The notes below the pieces were generated by a model that saw nothing but the letters and a program-made list of their open reading frames with translations, did not search any database and was not told where the DNA came from. This document shows positions 42,013 through 55,705 of a DNA stretch of 64,000 bases, one piece after another. Source of the DNA: Eledone cirrhosa (lineage: Eukaryota); NCBI GenBank assembly GCA_964016885.1, contig OZ024745.1:87420001-87484000 (forward strand), in the 5' to 3' direction. Position numbers and translations under genes: made by a program. The stretch's first letter is position 1; each line of letters begins with the position of its first letter.

Positions 42013-42063
42013 AGTTTCAGAAGATCCCGTTAAGGGTGAAAGCAGCGATTCTTTGCTTAAACT
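42013..42063 (+). ncRNA. Hammerhead-like motif with variant core CAGAAGA
   Basis: agttt CAGAAGA tccc-gttaa-gggt GAAA gca...tgc TT aaact. Confidence 0.6.
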
Positions 42064-42170
42064 TTAATCTGTTATTTTAATAAATATTTGCTCTACGGTT
42101 CTTATATATTTGATATATATTTTCCTTATCGAGCCCTCTTTGGATTTTAGTCTTCAATTTTATTATTATT

Positions 42171-42246
<76 letters not shown>

Positions 42247-42247
<1 letters not shown>

Positions 42248-43270
42248 ACGGCGTAATTCGGGCTGTCTGTTAACAAACAAACCGAACATTATAATAAATG
42301 TTCGGTAAACCCATACGTACATATATATATGTGGTGTATGTATGTATATATATATACATACTACTGTACGTCTGTATACATATATGTATGTACGTATACA
42401 TACTTATATTTAAGTATCAGCCGTACTAAGAGTGTGAAATGAAATTTCGTTTCATTCTTTTCCATTTATCGTTTTCGGTACGTCCGGCCAACTAACTCAC
42501 TCGATATGCAAATTAGGCTGCTCAGCCGTTAATATGCATAAGGAAGGTATGTACTTTCAAATGTTCAATCATCTGACAGGAAGGTACGCGATGCTAACGA
42601 TAGCTAATAAGCTTGAAACTAGTTCATCGTTCCTTTGTTAGTGTTGAACAAAGGGGCAACGATGGTTGCCGAACACTGTACGGCGTAATTCGGGCTGTTT
42701 GTTTAAAAACAAACCGAACATTATAATAAATGTTCGATAAACCCATACGTACATATATATATATGTGTGCATGTATGTATATATATATACATTCTACTGT
42801 ACGTCTGCATACCTATATGTATGTACGTATACATACTTATATTTAAGTGTCAGCCGTACTAAGAGTGATAAATGAAATTTCGTTTCATTCTTTTCTATAT
42901 ATATGTATATATATATTTCTTTACATACATTTCTTCTTTTTCTCCGTCTTTCTTTGTAACTGTGCTTAACACTAAATATTTATAAACACTTCCCTACCAA
43001 GCCAGCTTCCGACCTTAATGGTTGCTATATTTATGGTACGTAAAAATTATTTATAAAACTGGTTATTTATTGTATTTTATCTGACGAAGGCATGCCATAT
43101 TTTTAATATGGTATCCCTGAAATATGTATAATGAAATAAATATGGTTTTATAAATATAGTTTCCATTTGTTTAATATCGTATATCTACTCCAAAAACTTG
43201 TCGAGTGCTTTATATCAGTTATAAAATATTTACTTGTTGTAACCCAACAATTTAAAATAAAACTTTTGCA
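42247..43270 (+). mobile_element. PLE-terminus-like unit with a ~220-bp direct repeat (42247-42471 / 42678-42893)
   Basis: Direct repeat followed by an HHR; flanked by (TA)n. Confidence 0.6.
43073..43138 (+). ncRNA. Type I hammerhead ribozyme
   Basis: tattttat CTGACGA aggcatgccatatt..aatatggtatccct GAAA tatgta TA atgaaata. Confidence 0.75.
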
Positions 43271-43341
43271 TATATATAAATCTATATCTATATATATATA
43301 TACATGTATATATATATATAAATACATATATATATATATAA

Positions 43342-43399
<58 letters not shown>

Positions 43400-43403
<4 letters not shown>

Positions 43404-44650
43404 AAAATTAAGATAGATTAAAAGAATTCAATCAGAATCGAAATTGTGGGAGTCATTCCTTAACGGAATGCGCCATATCGCCTGGAAAATAAGCTCTAGG
43501 ACTTTGTAGGTACGAGCATTTAATAATAACTAGGAATTGATCAACATATATATAAATAAATATAAACATGAAAAATCACAGGAGATAATTTCTACAAGCG
43601 TGTAACCACGCATGGCTAGTAGGTAACAAGTAAATAAAGTTAACTAGAACTTCAAAAATATATACCTTTTAATGATTAATCTTCCCCGTATATATTTCAT
43701 TAAAGAAATATATTTCACCAATTAATCAGATGGTAAGTCACGGAAAGTGGATATTATTGGATTATCAACAAGGAAGAATAATATCAAGCGATCCATGTTT
43801 ACACTTCGAGTCAAAATCTTAAACTGGCCGTTACCACGAGTTGATATAACACATCACAGCGGCTTCGTTTCAGTGGCGTGAATAGGTATTCGAATAAATA
43901 TATTTCTTTAATGAAATATACAAGGAAGATTAATCATTAAAAGGTATATATTTTTGAAGTTCTAGTTAACTTTATTTACTTGTTACCTACTAGCCATGCG
44001 TGGTTACACGCTTGTAGAAATTACCTCCTGTGATTTTTCATGTTAATATTTATTTATATATATGTTGATCAATTCCTAGTTATTATTAAATGCTCGTACC
44101 AACAAAGTCCTAGAGCTTATTTTCCGGGCGATATGGCGCATTCCGTTAAGGAATGACACCCACAATTTCGATTCTGATTGAATTCTTTTAATCTATCTTA
44201 ATTTTGGATATAGATATATAAATACTGCTCCTTAATTGTAGAGCTAACTCTGTTGAAGGGAATTGACTGCTATTTCTAGTTGTCGAAAATCTATTCACGT
44301 CATTGAAACGAAGCCACTGTGATGTGTAATATCAACACGTGGTAACGGCCAGTTTAAGATTTTGACTCGAAGTGTAAACATGGATCGCTTGATATTATTC
44401 TTCCTTGTTGATAATCCAATAATATCCACTTTCCGTGACTTACCATCTGATTAATTGATGAAATATATTTCTTTAATGAAATATATACGGGGAAGATTAA
44501 TCATTAAAAGGTATATATTTTTGAAGTTCTAGTTAACTTTATTTACTTGTTACCTACTAGCCATGCGTGGTTACACGCTTGTAGAAATTATCTCCTGTGA
44601 TTTTTCATGTTTATATTTATTTATATATATGTTGATCAATTCCTAGTTAT
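43400..44650. repeat. Complex inverted/direct repeat unit (one forward and two reverse partial copies)
   Basis: 43400-43715 is inverted at ~43895-44210; 43525-43870 is inverted at ~44305-44650. Confidence 0.85.
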
Positions 44651-44719
44651 TATATATATATATATATATGTTATATATATATGTTATATATATATATATT
44701 ATATATATATATATATATA

Positions 44720-45362
44720 TGCCAAAACTAATGTAGGAAGGAAATTCCTTGAACTATTAGACAAACATTTTCCTCCTATTCATAGATATTATAAGATTTT
44801 TAATAGGAATGTAGTTAAGATCAGCTACTCTTGTTGCCCATCCATGAAGTCCAAAATCACCAGTTCAAACCGTACGAGGATAAATCCAGGATGCAGTTGC
44901 AGGAAGCCGGATGAATGCCCATTGCAGGGTAAATGTAACACAAAATCTGTCGTTTATGAGGCTAAGATAACGCCAATTATCAACAACCAGCCAGCCAGAA
45001 GTGAGCGATATGTCGTTATGACCCAGGACAGGTTTAAAACCAGATTTTACTCACATGTCGCTTCTTTTAAACACTCAGATAAACGAACATCAACGGCCCT
45101 CGCAAGTAAGGTATGGGATCTCAAGGATAGTAATATCCCGTACTCTATTGATTGGTCTATATTAGACCATTCGAGGGAGTACCAAAGGGGCACAAAGAAT
45201 TGTTCTTTGTGTACCACAGAAAAGTATAGGATTTTGCTAAACTTGAGAGCCACTTCTGCTTGCCTTAACTCAAAGACTGAGATCTTCAGATGCTGTCCTC
45301 ATCTGAAATCGCATCTGATCTGTAACTGGATTGACACTCCTACGATAAATCAACCGCCTTGA
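44720..45362 (+). pseudogene. Hydra-type PLE linker + GIY-YIG endonuclease, 5'-truncated open frame
   Basis: KTNVGRKFLELLDKHF..KISYSC..CSCRKPDECPLQGKC..VVYEAKI..FKTRFYSH..TALASKVWDLK..CSLCTTEK..CPH. Confidence 0.88.
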
Positions 45363-45631
45363 ACTCCTTCTCTGCTCTTTACGTCTGCTACGGTTTTTAT
45401 TTTGCTGATTCTACCTTCTGTACTCTTGTATATTAAAAAAAAATTTTTTTCTCTCTTACCTCCCCTTATATTTTTACCTCCTCTAGCCCCCCCCCATATA
45501 TTATTTTTGTTTTGCCCTCCACATACCTATGTGTATGTGTATGTATCTTTGTGTGTATATATATGTGTGTATATATATATATATGTGTGTATGTGTGTGT
45601 GTATGTATATATGGGTGTGTATGTATATATG

Positions 45632-45666
<35 letters not shown>

Positions 45667-45757
45667 GTATGTGTGTGTTTGTGTATGTGTATATATATGT
45701 ATATTTGTGTATGTATATGTTTGTATATGTGGATAAACCAGGTTTTTTTCACTTTTT

Positions 45758-45815
45758 TTCATTCTGAAGACTGAAGGAAACATTTTTTGCTTTTAAGAAA
45801 CCTCTGGTGAATGGA
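45758..45815 (+). ncRNA. Degenerate hammerhead (GUG at the cleavage site)
   Basis: ttcatt CTGAAGA...GAAA cctctgg TG aatgga; homologous to 47067-47122. Confidence 0.5.
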
Positions 45816-45986
45816 ATAATTGCCTTATGTTGCTTTAGTACCTTACTACTATATATACGTTTATGTAAGGTTCATTTGTCTTTGCTAATACTGAGTTTTA
45901 CACATACACACATGTATATATGTGTGTGTGTATGTGTATGCACATGTGTATATGTACGTATGTGTGTATATGTGTGTGTATGTATG

Positions 45987-46057
<71 letters not shown>

Positions 46058-46361
46058 GTATATATGTATTTGTATGTATGTATATGTGTGTGTGTGTTTA
46101 TTATTTTATTATTTTTTTATTTTTTTATGTATATATGTGTGTGTGTGGTTGTGTGTGTGCGTGCGTGTGTGTGTATGTTTGTGTGTATTTGTTTTTGGTT
46201 GTGCGTGTTTTTGATATATACGTATTTGCATGTGTATAATTGTTTAGCTATGTATGTATATGTGTGTTTACGTATATGCGTGTATGTGTGTGTGTGTGTG
46301 CGTTTATATATTTTGTGTATATATATATATGTGTGTGTATATGTATGTATGTGTGTATGTG

Positions 46362-46394
<33 letters not shown>

Positions 46395-46640
46395 GTATGT
46401 ATATGTGTGTGTGTGTGTATATAATTACATATACATATGTGTGTGTGTTTAATATGTATACGTGTGCGTGTTTGTGTATGTATGTGTTTTTGTGTTTGTT
46501 TATGTACATTTATGTGTGAGAGTGTGTGTATGTGTTTACTGTTCCGTACGTATGTGTGCGTGTTTTTTTGTGTGTATTACTTACTACGCGTGTCTGTCCT
46601 GTTAGCTGGGTCATGTATCGCTGTCAAAAATTTAAAAATA

Positions 46641-46675
<35 letters not shown>

Positions 46676-47066
46676 TTTTTCTTATTTTTATTTGTGTGTG
46701 CGAATATGTAGAGGAGTGCATTCATGTATGTGTATGTATGTACGCTTTGTATGTTTGTGTGAATGTATGTATGTGTGTATATATATGTGTGTGTGTATGG
46801 CTATGTTTGTGTATGTGTATGCTTGTACACACACATGTGTATGTGTGTGTATTTGTGTGTGTGTATATGTATATATATGTATATATATATATGTATATAT
46901 GTATGTGTGTGTAAGTATGCTTTTGGTTTTTTTTTGTGTGTGTGTTTGCATGCGTCGTTTTATTTTATTTTATTTTTCCTTTCCTTCTCCCTTCTCCAGC
47001 CTCACTTTCATATAGATTGTATTTTTTGGTTTGTAATCCAAATTCAATAAACAAACCAGCTTTTTC

Positions 47067-47122
47067 CCGTTCTGAGGATTGAAAGCAAAACCTTTTGCTT
47101 TTAAGAAACCACTGGTAAACGG
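47067..47122 (+). ncRNA. Type I hammerhead ribozyme, canonical
   Basis: ccgtt CTGAGGA ttgaaagcaaaa-cc-ttttgcttttaa GAAA ccactgg TA aacgg; all three stems pair. Confidence 0.85.
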
Positions 47123-47157
47123 AATAATTGCCTTATGTTGTTTATTACATAATAATA

Positions 47158-47275
<118 letters not shown>

Positions 47276-47294
47276 TTATATATATATATATATA

Positions 47295-47332
<38 letters not shown>

Positions 47333-47825
47333 AATGTAGATTGTAGATATAGATATATAAATGCACTCATTTCATTATTTTGTTAATGGCTGCCATAATT
47401 TCATGGTAATCAATCATTGTTCCAGCAACTGTCTCATAATTCACCTCCCTCAGACTGGCCAATAATAAAACAATGTTAACTCCAGAGTTATTGGCCCTTA
47501 TTGATAATTTATCATTCTCAATTTTTTTTGTATTCATCTTTCCACTCATATAGATGGCTTCCTCCCACTCCACGATAACGCGAGTTCTCACCCTATCTCG
47601 TACTTTATCGGCGGCCATATTGTTTTGACATTGTTTTATTACGAGTAAGAAACAATTAGTTCTGTAATTTACAGACTCTATCATGATTGATTACCATTAA
47701 ATAATAGAAGCTACAAATATATAAAAAAAAAATTGCATTTCCCATAAAAAAAACATAGTAAAGTTTCAGATTTTTATCCTCACTAGTTGATATATATTAC
47801 TATAACGGATGCAAACACACCCACA

Positions 47826-47874
<49 letters not shown>

Positions 47875-47876
<2 letters not shown>

Positions 47877-48410
47877 TAAAACATGTCTATAGAATCACAA
47901 GATAAAATATATACTATTTCCTCTCCCAATTAGCATAATTAACTATATAAAAAATCGAATAGACCAGGCTATACGAATGAGGCTTCTATGAAGGAATCTC
48001 CGACAAATAACTAAAACTAGCGCTTCGCGTCGGCCGTAGCGGAATATTTATCGAATATTTCGACAGCGTAATCGCCTAGATACAGTCAACTAAGCAGAAT
48101 TAGGTTTAAAATAAACTAGGAGAAAATAGAATACATTTAAATACCTCTACCATGGTTTCGTCCGTGTTTTAAGTTTTCCAATAATTATGTAATAATTATA
48201 TAAACTCATATCTAGACATTAAATTTTCCAAAACGATCGCGCCAAGAATTCATTTCAAAATGGCTAAAAATCGTGACGTAGTCGCGGTCAAGTTGGAAGG
48301 GGTGTGGTAGTTGCTTATGACTGGTGGCATTTTTGCTAGAAAGCACAGCACAATACAGCTAAATTTGTATCTCAACCTAGTGGGAGATTATTACATATAA
48401 AAGTTTACAT
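47875..48410. mobile_element. Diverged copy of the 2149-2710 repeat family
   Basis: Same start (cataaaacatgtctatagaatcac) and end (ttattacatataaa..tttacat); flanked by (TA)n; half of the HHR core is missing. Confidence 0.85.
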
Positions 48411-48451
48411 ATATATATACATACACATACATATACGTGTTTTGCAACTGG

Positions 48452-48492
<41 letters not shown>

Positions 48493-48562
48493 TAGAGAGA
48501 GAGAGAGAGTGAGAGAGCAGACAGAGAATGAGAGATATAAATGTATGCATATACGTATTTAT

Positions 48563-48594
<32 letters not shown>

Positions 48595-48654
48595 GTATAT
48601 ATATGCGTGCATATATATGTATACACGCACATGCACACACCCATACGCACGCAT

Positions 48655-48687
<33 letters not shown>

Positions 48688-49690
48688 CACATATAATGTT
48701 TGTGTTTGTGTGTGTGTGTAGAGAGAGAGAGATAATACTGAAAGATCGCGTGTTATTGAAAATGAAAAGTATCTTTAAATTTATCTTTTACTGAGTATTG
48801 TTTTCTTAATTCTTGTGGATGAAGAAATGATATTGTATTTGATCCTAGCATATTACTGGTATCTATTTTACATATCCTCTCTATATAAACCCAGAAGAAA
48901 CTCAGAATAATAAGCTAGTTACTTTTTAACTGCAGATGAGCCATTATCGAGCATACCGATTGTTAAATTTGATCCAACCGTCACACTATTCTAAATTTTG
49001 CACATACATTTTGTATTTATGGCTATATTAGTTAATACTAGTAGAAAAACCACATTTCGGGTGGTTTTCTGCTAGCATGTGTAGTGTGTATATTGATATT
49101 ATACGCAGGTATATATATATATGTAGATATGATACATCAAATACAATCGTAATTGACAATATATAATACATAGAAATTGAACGAAGACTGCGTTACACTG
49201 TCTTATTTAATCAGTAACGCAATCCATGATACATTAAAAAAGACGATATTATATATGAACTACATTAGGAGAAAATTAGTATGTTTATTTAAGCGATGGC
49301 TAACCGGAAGTGTTGACATTTCAGAAATTTTAAAGAAGTGAATCTTTAAATAAACAAAATATAAATATATTTAATCAACAGCCACGAAATTTAGTAGATA
49401 AATTATGTAATATTCATTCATTATTTATTCAAAGTAATCCAACTTATTTTACTAATGGGATAAATTATAAACCGTACGCAGTCCCGCGCTCCTTACTTTA
49501 TTATAGTTTAACTATCCTTTGTTTCAATAAACTGTACATAGAGAAAAATATGGATGCTATTCCTAGGAGGTCTATCCTCCACACGAATGCTTTCTTGTTA
49601 GTTCGAGAGAAATAGAATTATTCGTATAAAGTATGATTGAAATATTTGGTGTAAATATAGTCCTGTTGTTATTTATTATTAGTATTATAT

Positions 49691-49893
49691 AGGGCGGTGG
49701 ATTGGCAGTATCGAGGGCGGTGGATTGGCAGTATCGGTAGAGAGTCGGACGCCATGCTTTCCAGCATAGTTACGTCCCTTTACGGTCTGAGTTCAAATCC
49801 CGCCGAGGTTCACTTTCATCCTTACGGGGTCGATAAAATAAAGTACCAGTAATGTACTGGTGGATTGCTGGCCTTGTGCCAAAAGTAGAAACA
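49691..49893 (+). mobile_element. tRNA-derived SINE, full length, with its 5' 23 nt duplicated
   Basis: A/B boxes present; imperfect TSD attattagtatt / attagtagtatt. Confidence 0.9.
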
Positions 49894-50963
49894 ATTAGTA
49901 GTATTGTGTAAACTAAGTTAGCCCTGATTGAACTGCTTTAGTCTACCAAATGAGGATCACAACATACTGCTCAAATTCTATAAATTATTAATCGAATTTT
50001 CTAGTGCATCAGACAGTTCTTTTCCCTCAAGTTTAAATTTCTAAATTTTATTGTCTTATAGAGTGTAATTTATAATTAGGGCAAAATTACTTCCATAGTC
50101 ATGGCAAATCAGTAACAGATTACTACAGAGAAAAATATGAAAAGAAAAAAAATCATTATTAGACTATTTCTTTATATTTGGAATTTTGATAGATTTACGG
50201 TAAACTTGGTATTGCAATAACCCTGATATAGTGTATTTCTCTGAGATGTCGTCTTCTGATATAACTGAAAATAACAGAATTTACCACTCTAAAGAATTAA
50301 TCCTCTCTCACAAACTAACTAAAAACAATGTAGCATAAAAGCAAACCTCTCCCAATATTATCTGATTATACAACTGAAAAACAGAAATTCATATTGACTA
50401 ATAAAACTATAGAACTTGTTTAATAAAAGAAAGATCCTTGTAATTGATAAGAAAAATCAAACGAATATAGACAAGGTTGCGATCCCATTAAGCCAGAATG
50501 TAAATGAACGAATCGCCATTTTTACATTTGTTTGTATATGCCCACCTTTTTATATATATAGTAGATAAGAATACTATTATGTACATAGAAATGTATATTT
50601 GCATTCTGTCATTTTGTTAGATGTTGAATGTGAAAATTGATAAATTCTTTTAACTGGTTTTCTCAGTGCCAGATACTTTATTGTAAATAATCTTCAGTTC
50701 ACAAACCAACCAAAATTCAGTTTTGTTTTTCATCTCTCTTGAATACATAAAAAGAGAAAAGGCCCGTAGTATTCAAAATAATAAAGAGGGAATTAATTCA
50801 ATCACTTTGATACGTCTTCATATCAAGATGGCGGTGTCGTTAGAAGAGATTAGATTAATTGAAATAGCAATATTTCCTTTGAAGTGCTTCTTTTAAAGTA
50901 ATATGTATAAGGGGTTTTATTATTCTTTATAAATATGTTTTCCAACTTTAAATATATACACAC

Positions 50964-50999
<36 letters not shown>

Positions 51000-51402
51000 T
51001 TATGTCAGTCTTTCATGAGTGTCTGCCTGTTTGCGTGTGAATATTACACTTCTGTTACAAAATATTATTTCAATTGTGAAACAATTGCGGAGAAGATTTT
51101 ATTAAATTATGCGAAATACTATCAGCTGAATGTTTTTTTCCCATTCTTCATCAAAAGATTTTTGATGATTTCCCCTGTTTCCTTCATATTATATAACGTA
51201 AATATATAATTTCCTCAAATGGGAATATATATATATATATGTGTGTCTATATATATATATATACACATACATACACATATATATAAATATACATACATAT
51301 ACATGCATATACATATATATATATATACAAGCAAATTGTAAACGTAAACATGTATGTATGTTTTTGAAACGGTGCGCGAGTTTGAAATTAGAAATTAGAA
51401 AT

Positions 51403-51603
51403 TATAAGCTTTCACCGTATTTTAGACTAAAGAAATTTCTAGCCTGATAGTGGGGTTTATAACCCTCGGAGAAATGGAAAAAGATGAGTGTTGCCGTACA
51501 TTGGAGGCATGTACAGCAACACTCATCTTTTTCCATTTCTCCGAGGGTTATAAACCCCACTATCAGGCTAGAAATTTCTTTAGTCTAAAATACGGTGAAA
51601 GCT

Positions 51604-51607
<4 letters not shown>
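51403..51607. repeat. Near-perfect palindrome with ~95-bp arms
   Basis: ataagctttcaccg...gtaca [ttggaggca] tgtac...cggtgaaagcttat. Confidence 0.92.
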
Positions 51608-51635
<28 letters not shown>

Positions 51636-51706
51636 CATAAATATACTTATATATAAATACATATATAGATAAATATATAAATATATATACATATACATTC
51701 ATATGC

Positions 51707-51765
<59 letters not shown>

Positions 51766-51767
51766 AA

Positions 51768-52611
51768 TGTATATATAATGTATTTTGCAATATACTTTAT
51801 GCTTAATTAAAAGCATTTTGAAGACCGTATGCTATTGTTTTAGAGTAGTGACAAACTCACTTACTTTAATCTCAGCAAACAGGGGAGATAAAGCCAACAA
51901 GGCCTTGTTTCTGCATTTTTTTATGCTTATAAAGGCTAACTACTCCCTCCTGTCTACTGAGATCACTGATGTTATATTCTTATAGAATTCTAGTAAATAG
52001 TTAGGAACTGATTATACAGAGCGATTGCCGGTCAGGCAGAAATTAAAAATTAGCATCAGTGATCTCAGGAGACAGGAGGGAGTAGTTAGCCTTGATAATC
52101 ATAAAAAAATGCAGAAACAAGGCCTTGTCGGCTTTATCTTCCCTGTTTGCTGAGATTAAAGTAAGTGAGTTTGTCACTACTCGAAAACAATAGCATAAGG
52201 TCTTCAAAATGCTTTTAATTAAGCATATAGTGTATTGCAAAATACATTATATATACATTCATATATATATTGCTATTTCAGAGCTCCAATTCTAATTTTT
52301 CATTTCTGCCTGACCGGCAACCGCTCTGTATAATCAGTTCCTGATTATTTACTAGAATTCTATAAGAATATAACATCAGTGATCTCGGTAGACAGGAGGG
52401 AGTAGTTAGCCTTTATAAGCATAAACAAATGCAAAAACAAGGCCTAGTCGGCTTAATCTCCCCTGTTTGCTGAGATTAAAGTAAGTGAGTTTGTCACTAC
52501 TCTAAAACAATAGCATACGGTCTTCAAAATGCTTTTAATTAAGCATAAAGTGTATTGCAAAATACGTTATATTTACATTCATATATATATTGCTATTTCA
52601 GAGCTCCAATT
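51768..52611. repeat. ~280-bp unit: one forward and two reverse tandem copies (PLE pseudo-LTR-like geometry)
   Basis: 51768-52045 is inverted at ~52050-52290 and ~52300-52611; flanked by (TA)n. Confidence 0.85.
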
Positions 52612-52614
52612 ATA

Positions 52615-52659
<45 letters not shown>

Positions 52660-52660
52660 T

Positions 52661-52717
<57 letters not shown>

Positions 52718-52719
<2 letters not shown>

Positions 52720-52880
52720 GGAACGAGTAGGACCCCGACGGCTGAGCTCAAGCCGTTTCGACGGCTAATTCTGTAGTAGAGTGGGTAATAGGAACGAGTA
52801 GTACCCCGACGGCTGAGCTCAAGCCGTTTTGACGGCTAATTCTGGTCCATCTGGTTCCTTACCACATTTCCTTCGTTATA
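52718..52880. repeat. Fragments of the 55705-57316 repeat family
   Basis: accccgacggctgagctcaagccgtt occurs twice; ctggttccttaccacatttccttcgtt is the reverse complement of 55704-55732. Confidence 0.8.
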
Positions 52881-53749
52881 TATATATTTATATATATGTG
52901 TGTGTGTGCGTGTGTGTGTGTGTGTGTGTGCATGTGTGTGTGTAAAGTAGTGTAATATTTGGAGTTACGACAATGCGAAACGGTCTGTAAATCAAAAAAA
53001 TTGAAGACTGCAAAGATGATTGTGTAACCTATTATTTTATATATCTACACTAATATTTCGGGACTAAAAAACCTTCATCAAAATATTACAATAAGAAATT
53101 GGTTCGGAACTGAGTGCATTTATTTTTATAGATTCCCCATCCTAGTTTTTTTCTTTTGAAAGCGGTTGTCTATTTATAAATGCTGGAATTGGTGTGAGGA
53201 TGACACAATATCTGGACTGTAATGGATTTAATGCTTTGTGCGTGCGCTTGCTTCTGTCAAATATTGCACACTTCTGTTTATGTTTATAAGTCAAATTTGT
53301 CGATGGCAATTATTGTGTTTAGAGTTGGATATGCTAGCTATTCTGGTTTGAGTTATGTGTTTTGGCTGTGTGCACGTGCGTGTTCATATCAAATATTGTG
53401 TGTCTAGTTGTAACTGTTTAAATTGGCTATTCTTGACAAGTTTATGCGTGTAAACGCTACCTCAAAACAACATAATATCCACCATAATTAAAATCACACA
53501 CCCGCTAATTTGTTTCCCCCTGTTTAGCCTTAATGGTTACTGGACTATTTACACAAATTGTGCACCAGAAAACTCCTAGAAAACATACAGTACATACTCC
53601 ACCAACACATAAAACAATTCTCCAAAACATTACAAAAAATAGCCATAACTCCAGAGTATCTGCTCCAATAAACTCGCACGTATCCAGAGCAAATACAGAA
53701 AGGTAGCAGACTGTGTAACTCTCACTGCACACTTTCTAGAAGCACTAGA

Positions 53750-54300
53750 GGCCAACGGATACCCAGTATTCACCTTGAGTGGTCTTAGGGGACAAAGTGT
53801 CGGAAACATAAGACGTACTCCAACACCTGCTTCCTAAAGTTGCGGAACTTCAGTTAAATAAATAAAAACGACGATCTACACAGGGCATCCACATGAGGGG
53901 GAGCTTCGATATAAATTAGCCCAATCAGATCCTTCATTTCGAGGACACCTACATAAAAAGTGGCCCAGTTACGACAACAGCAAATACACGCCCGCAAGCA
54001 GCCCCATTTGTTACACAGGTATGTACCTGCGTGCATACGTGATATACCGCCTTAATTACGACAAATGCAGTGATTTGTATATCGGTTGTAACATTAGACA
54101 GCTTCACAGATACTTTAGAGAACATCACAAAACATCCGCATCTTACTACAAGAAGTACCGGCAAATGCGAAAACATCAACAAAGACATACACATTGAAGC
54201 TTGGGATAGGAATATCGTCAATATTGGAATCAAAGAATCTATACAAATAGCTAGGTTTAACCCACAAATCAACAACACATTAGAACTCAGTACACAATAG
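53750..54300 (+). pseudogene. Highly degraded PLE GIY-YIG remnant
   Basis: From ~54039 it reads VIYRLNYDKCSDLYIGCNIRQLHRYFREHH, then IGIKESIQIARFNPQIN. Confidence 0.65.
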
Positions 54301-54464
54301 TTAATAGCGCACACATAACTTTTGTCATAAAAAAGTGCATACACATATAACCTAGTCCAAAATAACCAACTTAAACACAATTGCAACACTACACAACTAC
54401 ACACAGTATTTGCCATCGGAAAGTTTGATATAAAGTGATAATGATTAGGAAAGATAAATAAAAT

Positions 54465-54605
54465 GTCAAGTAGCAGAGTCGTTGGAAGTCGGAAAAGAAT
54501 GCTTTATGGTACTTGGTCCGGCTCTGCTCTCTGAGTTCAAATTCCGCCAAGGTCAACTTTGCCTTTCATCCTTTCGAGGTCTATAAAAAAAGTACCAGTC
54601 TAGTA
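54465..54605 (+). mobile_element. Diverged SINE
   Basis: ctgagttcaaattccgccaaggtcaactttgcctttcatcctttcg..aagtaccagt. Confidence 0.75.
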
Positions 54606-55480
54606 TTAGGGAGGATTCCTCCTCTATATTTTTTTCTCATTCCCTCTCTCTCACTTTCTATTTTTCTCTGGAAGAAACCTGCTGTACTCAGGCCTGGGGA
54701 GGGATGGGCTCCGCCAGGCTTAAATTGCCCAAGCAACGTCGTATGTCAATACGACGCCTCTACGACTCTATCAGGAGCTACGCGACCATGCGTATATATA
54801 TATATATATATGTATATATATAGTTACACCTAGCTACAAGTGTGTATTAAGCATTTTGATACACATTATAGAATCACACACACGCACACGAACCCACTCT
54901 CATTTTCCTCTCATACTTACACATGCTTGTACATGTGTATTTGCGCATCTCTCTGTGTGTTTCTGTTTGTTTGTGTATATATTTGTATGTCTATGCGTGT
55001 CAGTGTCTGCGTGTATGTGTATGTGTATAAACCCGAGAGAATATATTTGTTGTTTATTTAAATGTAATTGCTAAATCTTTACAACAATTTTCAAAATGTT
55101 TACCATCCAAATGTTACCACTCAACCTACATTTACGTGGTCTGTCTGGTCAGAATATACGTCAGACACCTGTTGCGCCAGAAATTGTCTGATTGCTAGAA
55201 AACACTCAAAAGACTGTTAAAATATTGTAGATACAATAAACACACAGCATGGTCTAATTAGCTTAATGATTTTAACTCGATAACTAAATGAGTTATTTAT
55301 GATTTGATTATAGATGAGAAGCCACACGATTCTCTGTGCGGTGCTTCCCAACACGAAACAAAAGAGATTCTGTGTTTACAATCGTTTCGCAATCTGATCA
55401 ACTCGCCAGAGTAGCTGCAGTGCTAGCCCCAAAAGCACACACATGTACTCACACACATAATTACAAACATGATATATTCT

Positions 55481-55586
<106 letters not shown>

Positions 55587-55654
55587 AATACAGAGGTACA
55601 CATACGCACACTCACACACACACATTTATATATATGCATATATATATTCATTTG

Positions 55655-55703
<49 letters not shown>

Positions 55704-55705
<2 letters not shown>

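Larger units (their letters stand above)
40652..42175. mobile_element. Truncated PLE: GIY-YIG C-terminus (41157-41453, plus) between inverted terminal repeats
   Basis: TSLSAYIWSLKD..WEILARARSY..CDLCAAE..LNKKSEAISACKH. 40652-41130 is the reverse complement of 41630-42175. (TA)n on both sides. Confidence 0.85.

Noticed and set aside
49714-49810. tRNA gene
   Set aside because: The A/B boxes belong to a SINE head that continues into the SINE body and tail; no convincing cloverleaf.
50822-50836. YY1-like AAGATGGCGG promoter motif
   Set aside because: A single short motif with no supporting exon or CpG-rich context.
52718-52845. CRISPR-like direct repeats
   Set aside because: Only two copies, derived from the hammerhead-bearing repeat family, in a eukaryotic context with no cas genes.
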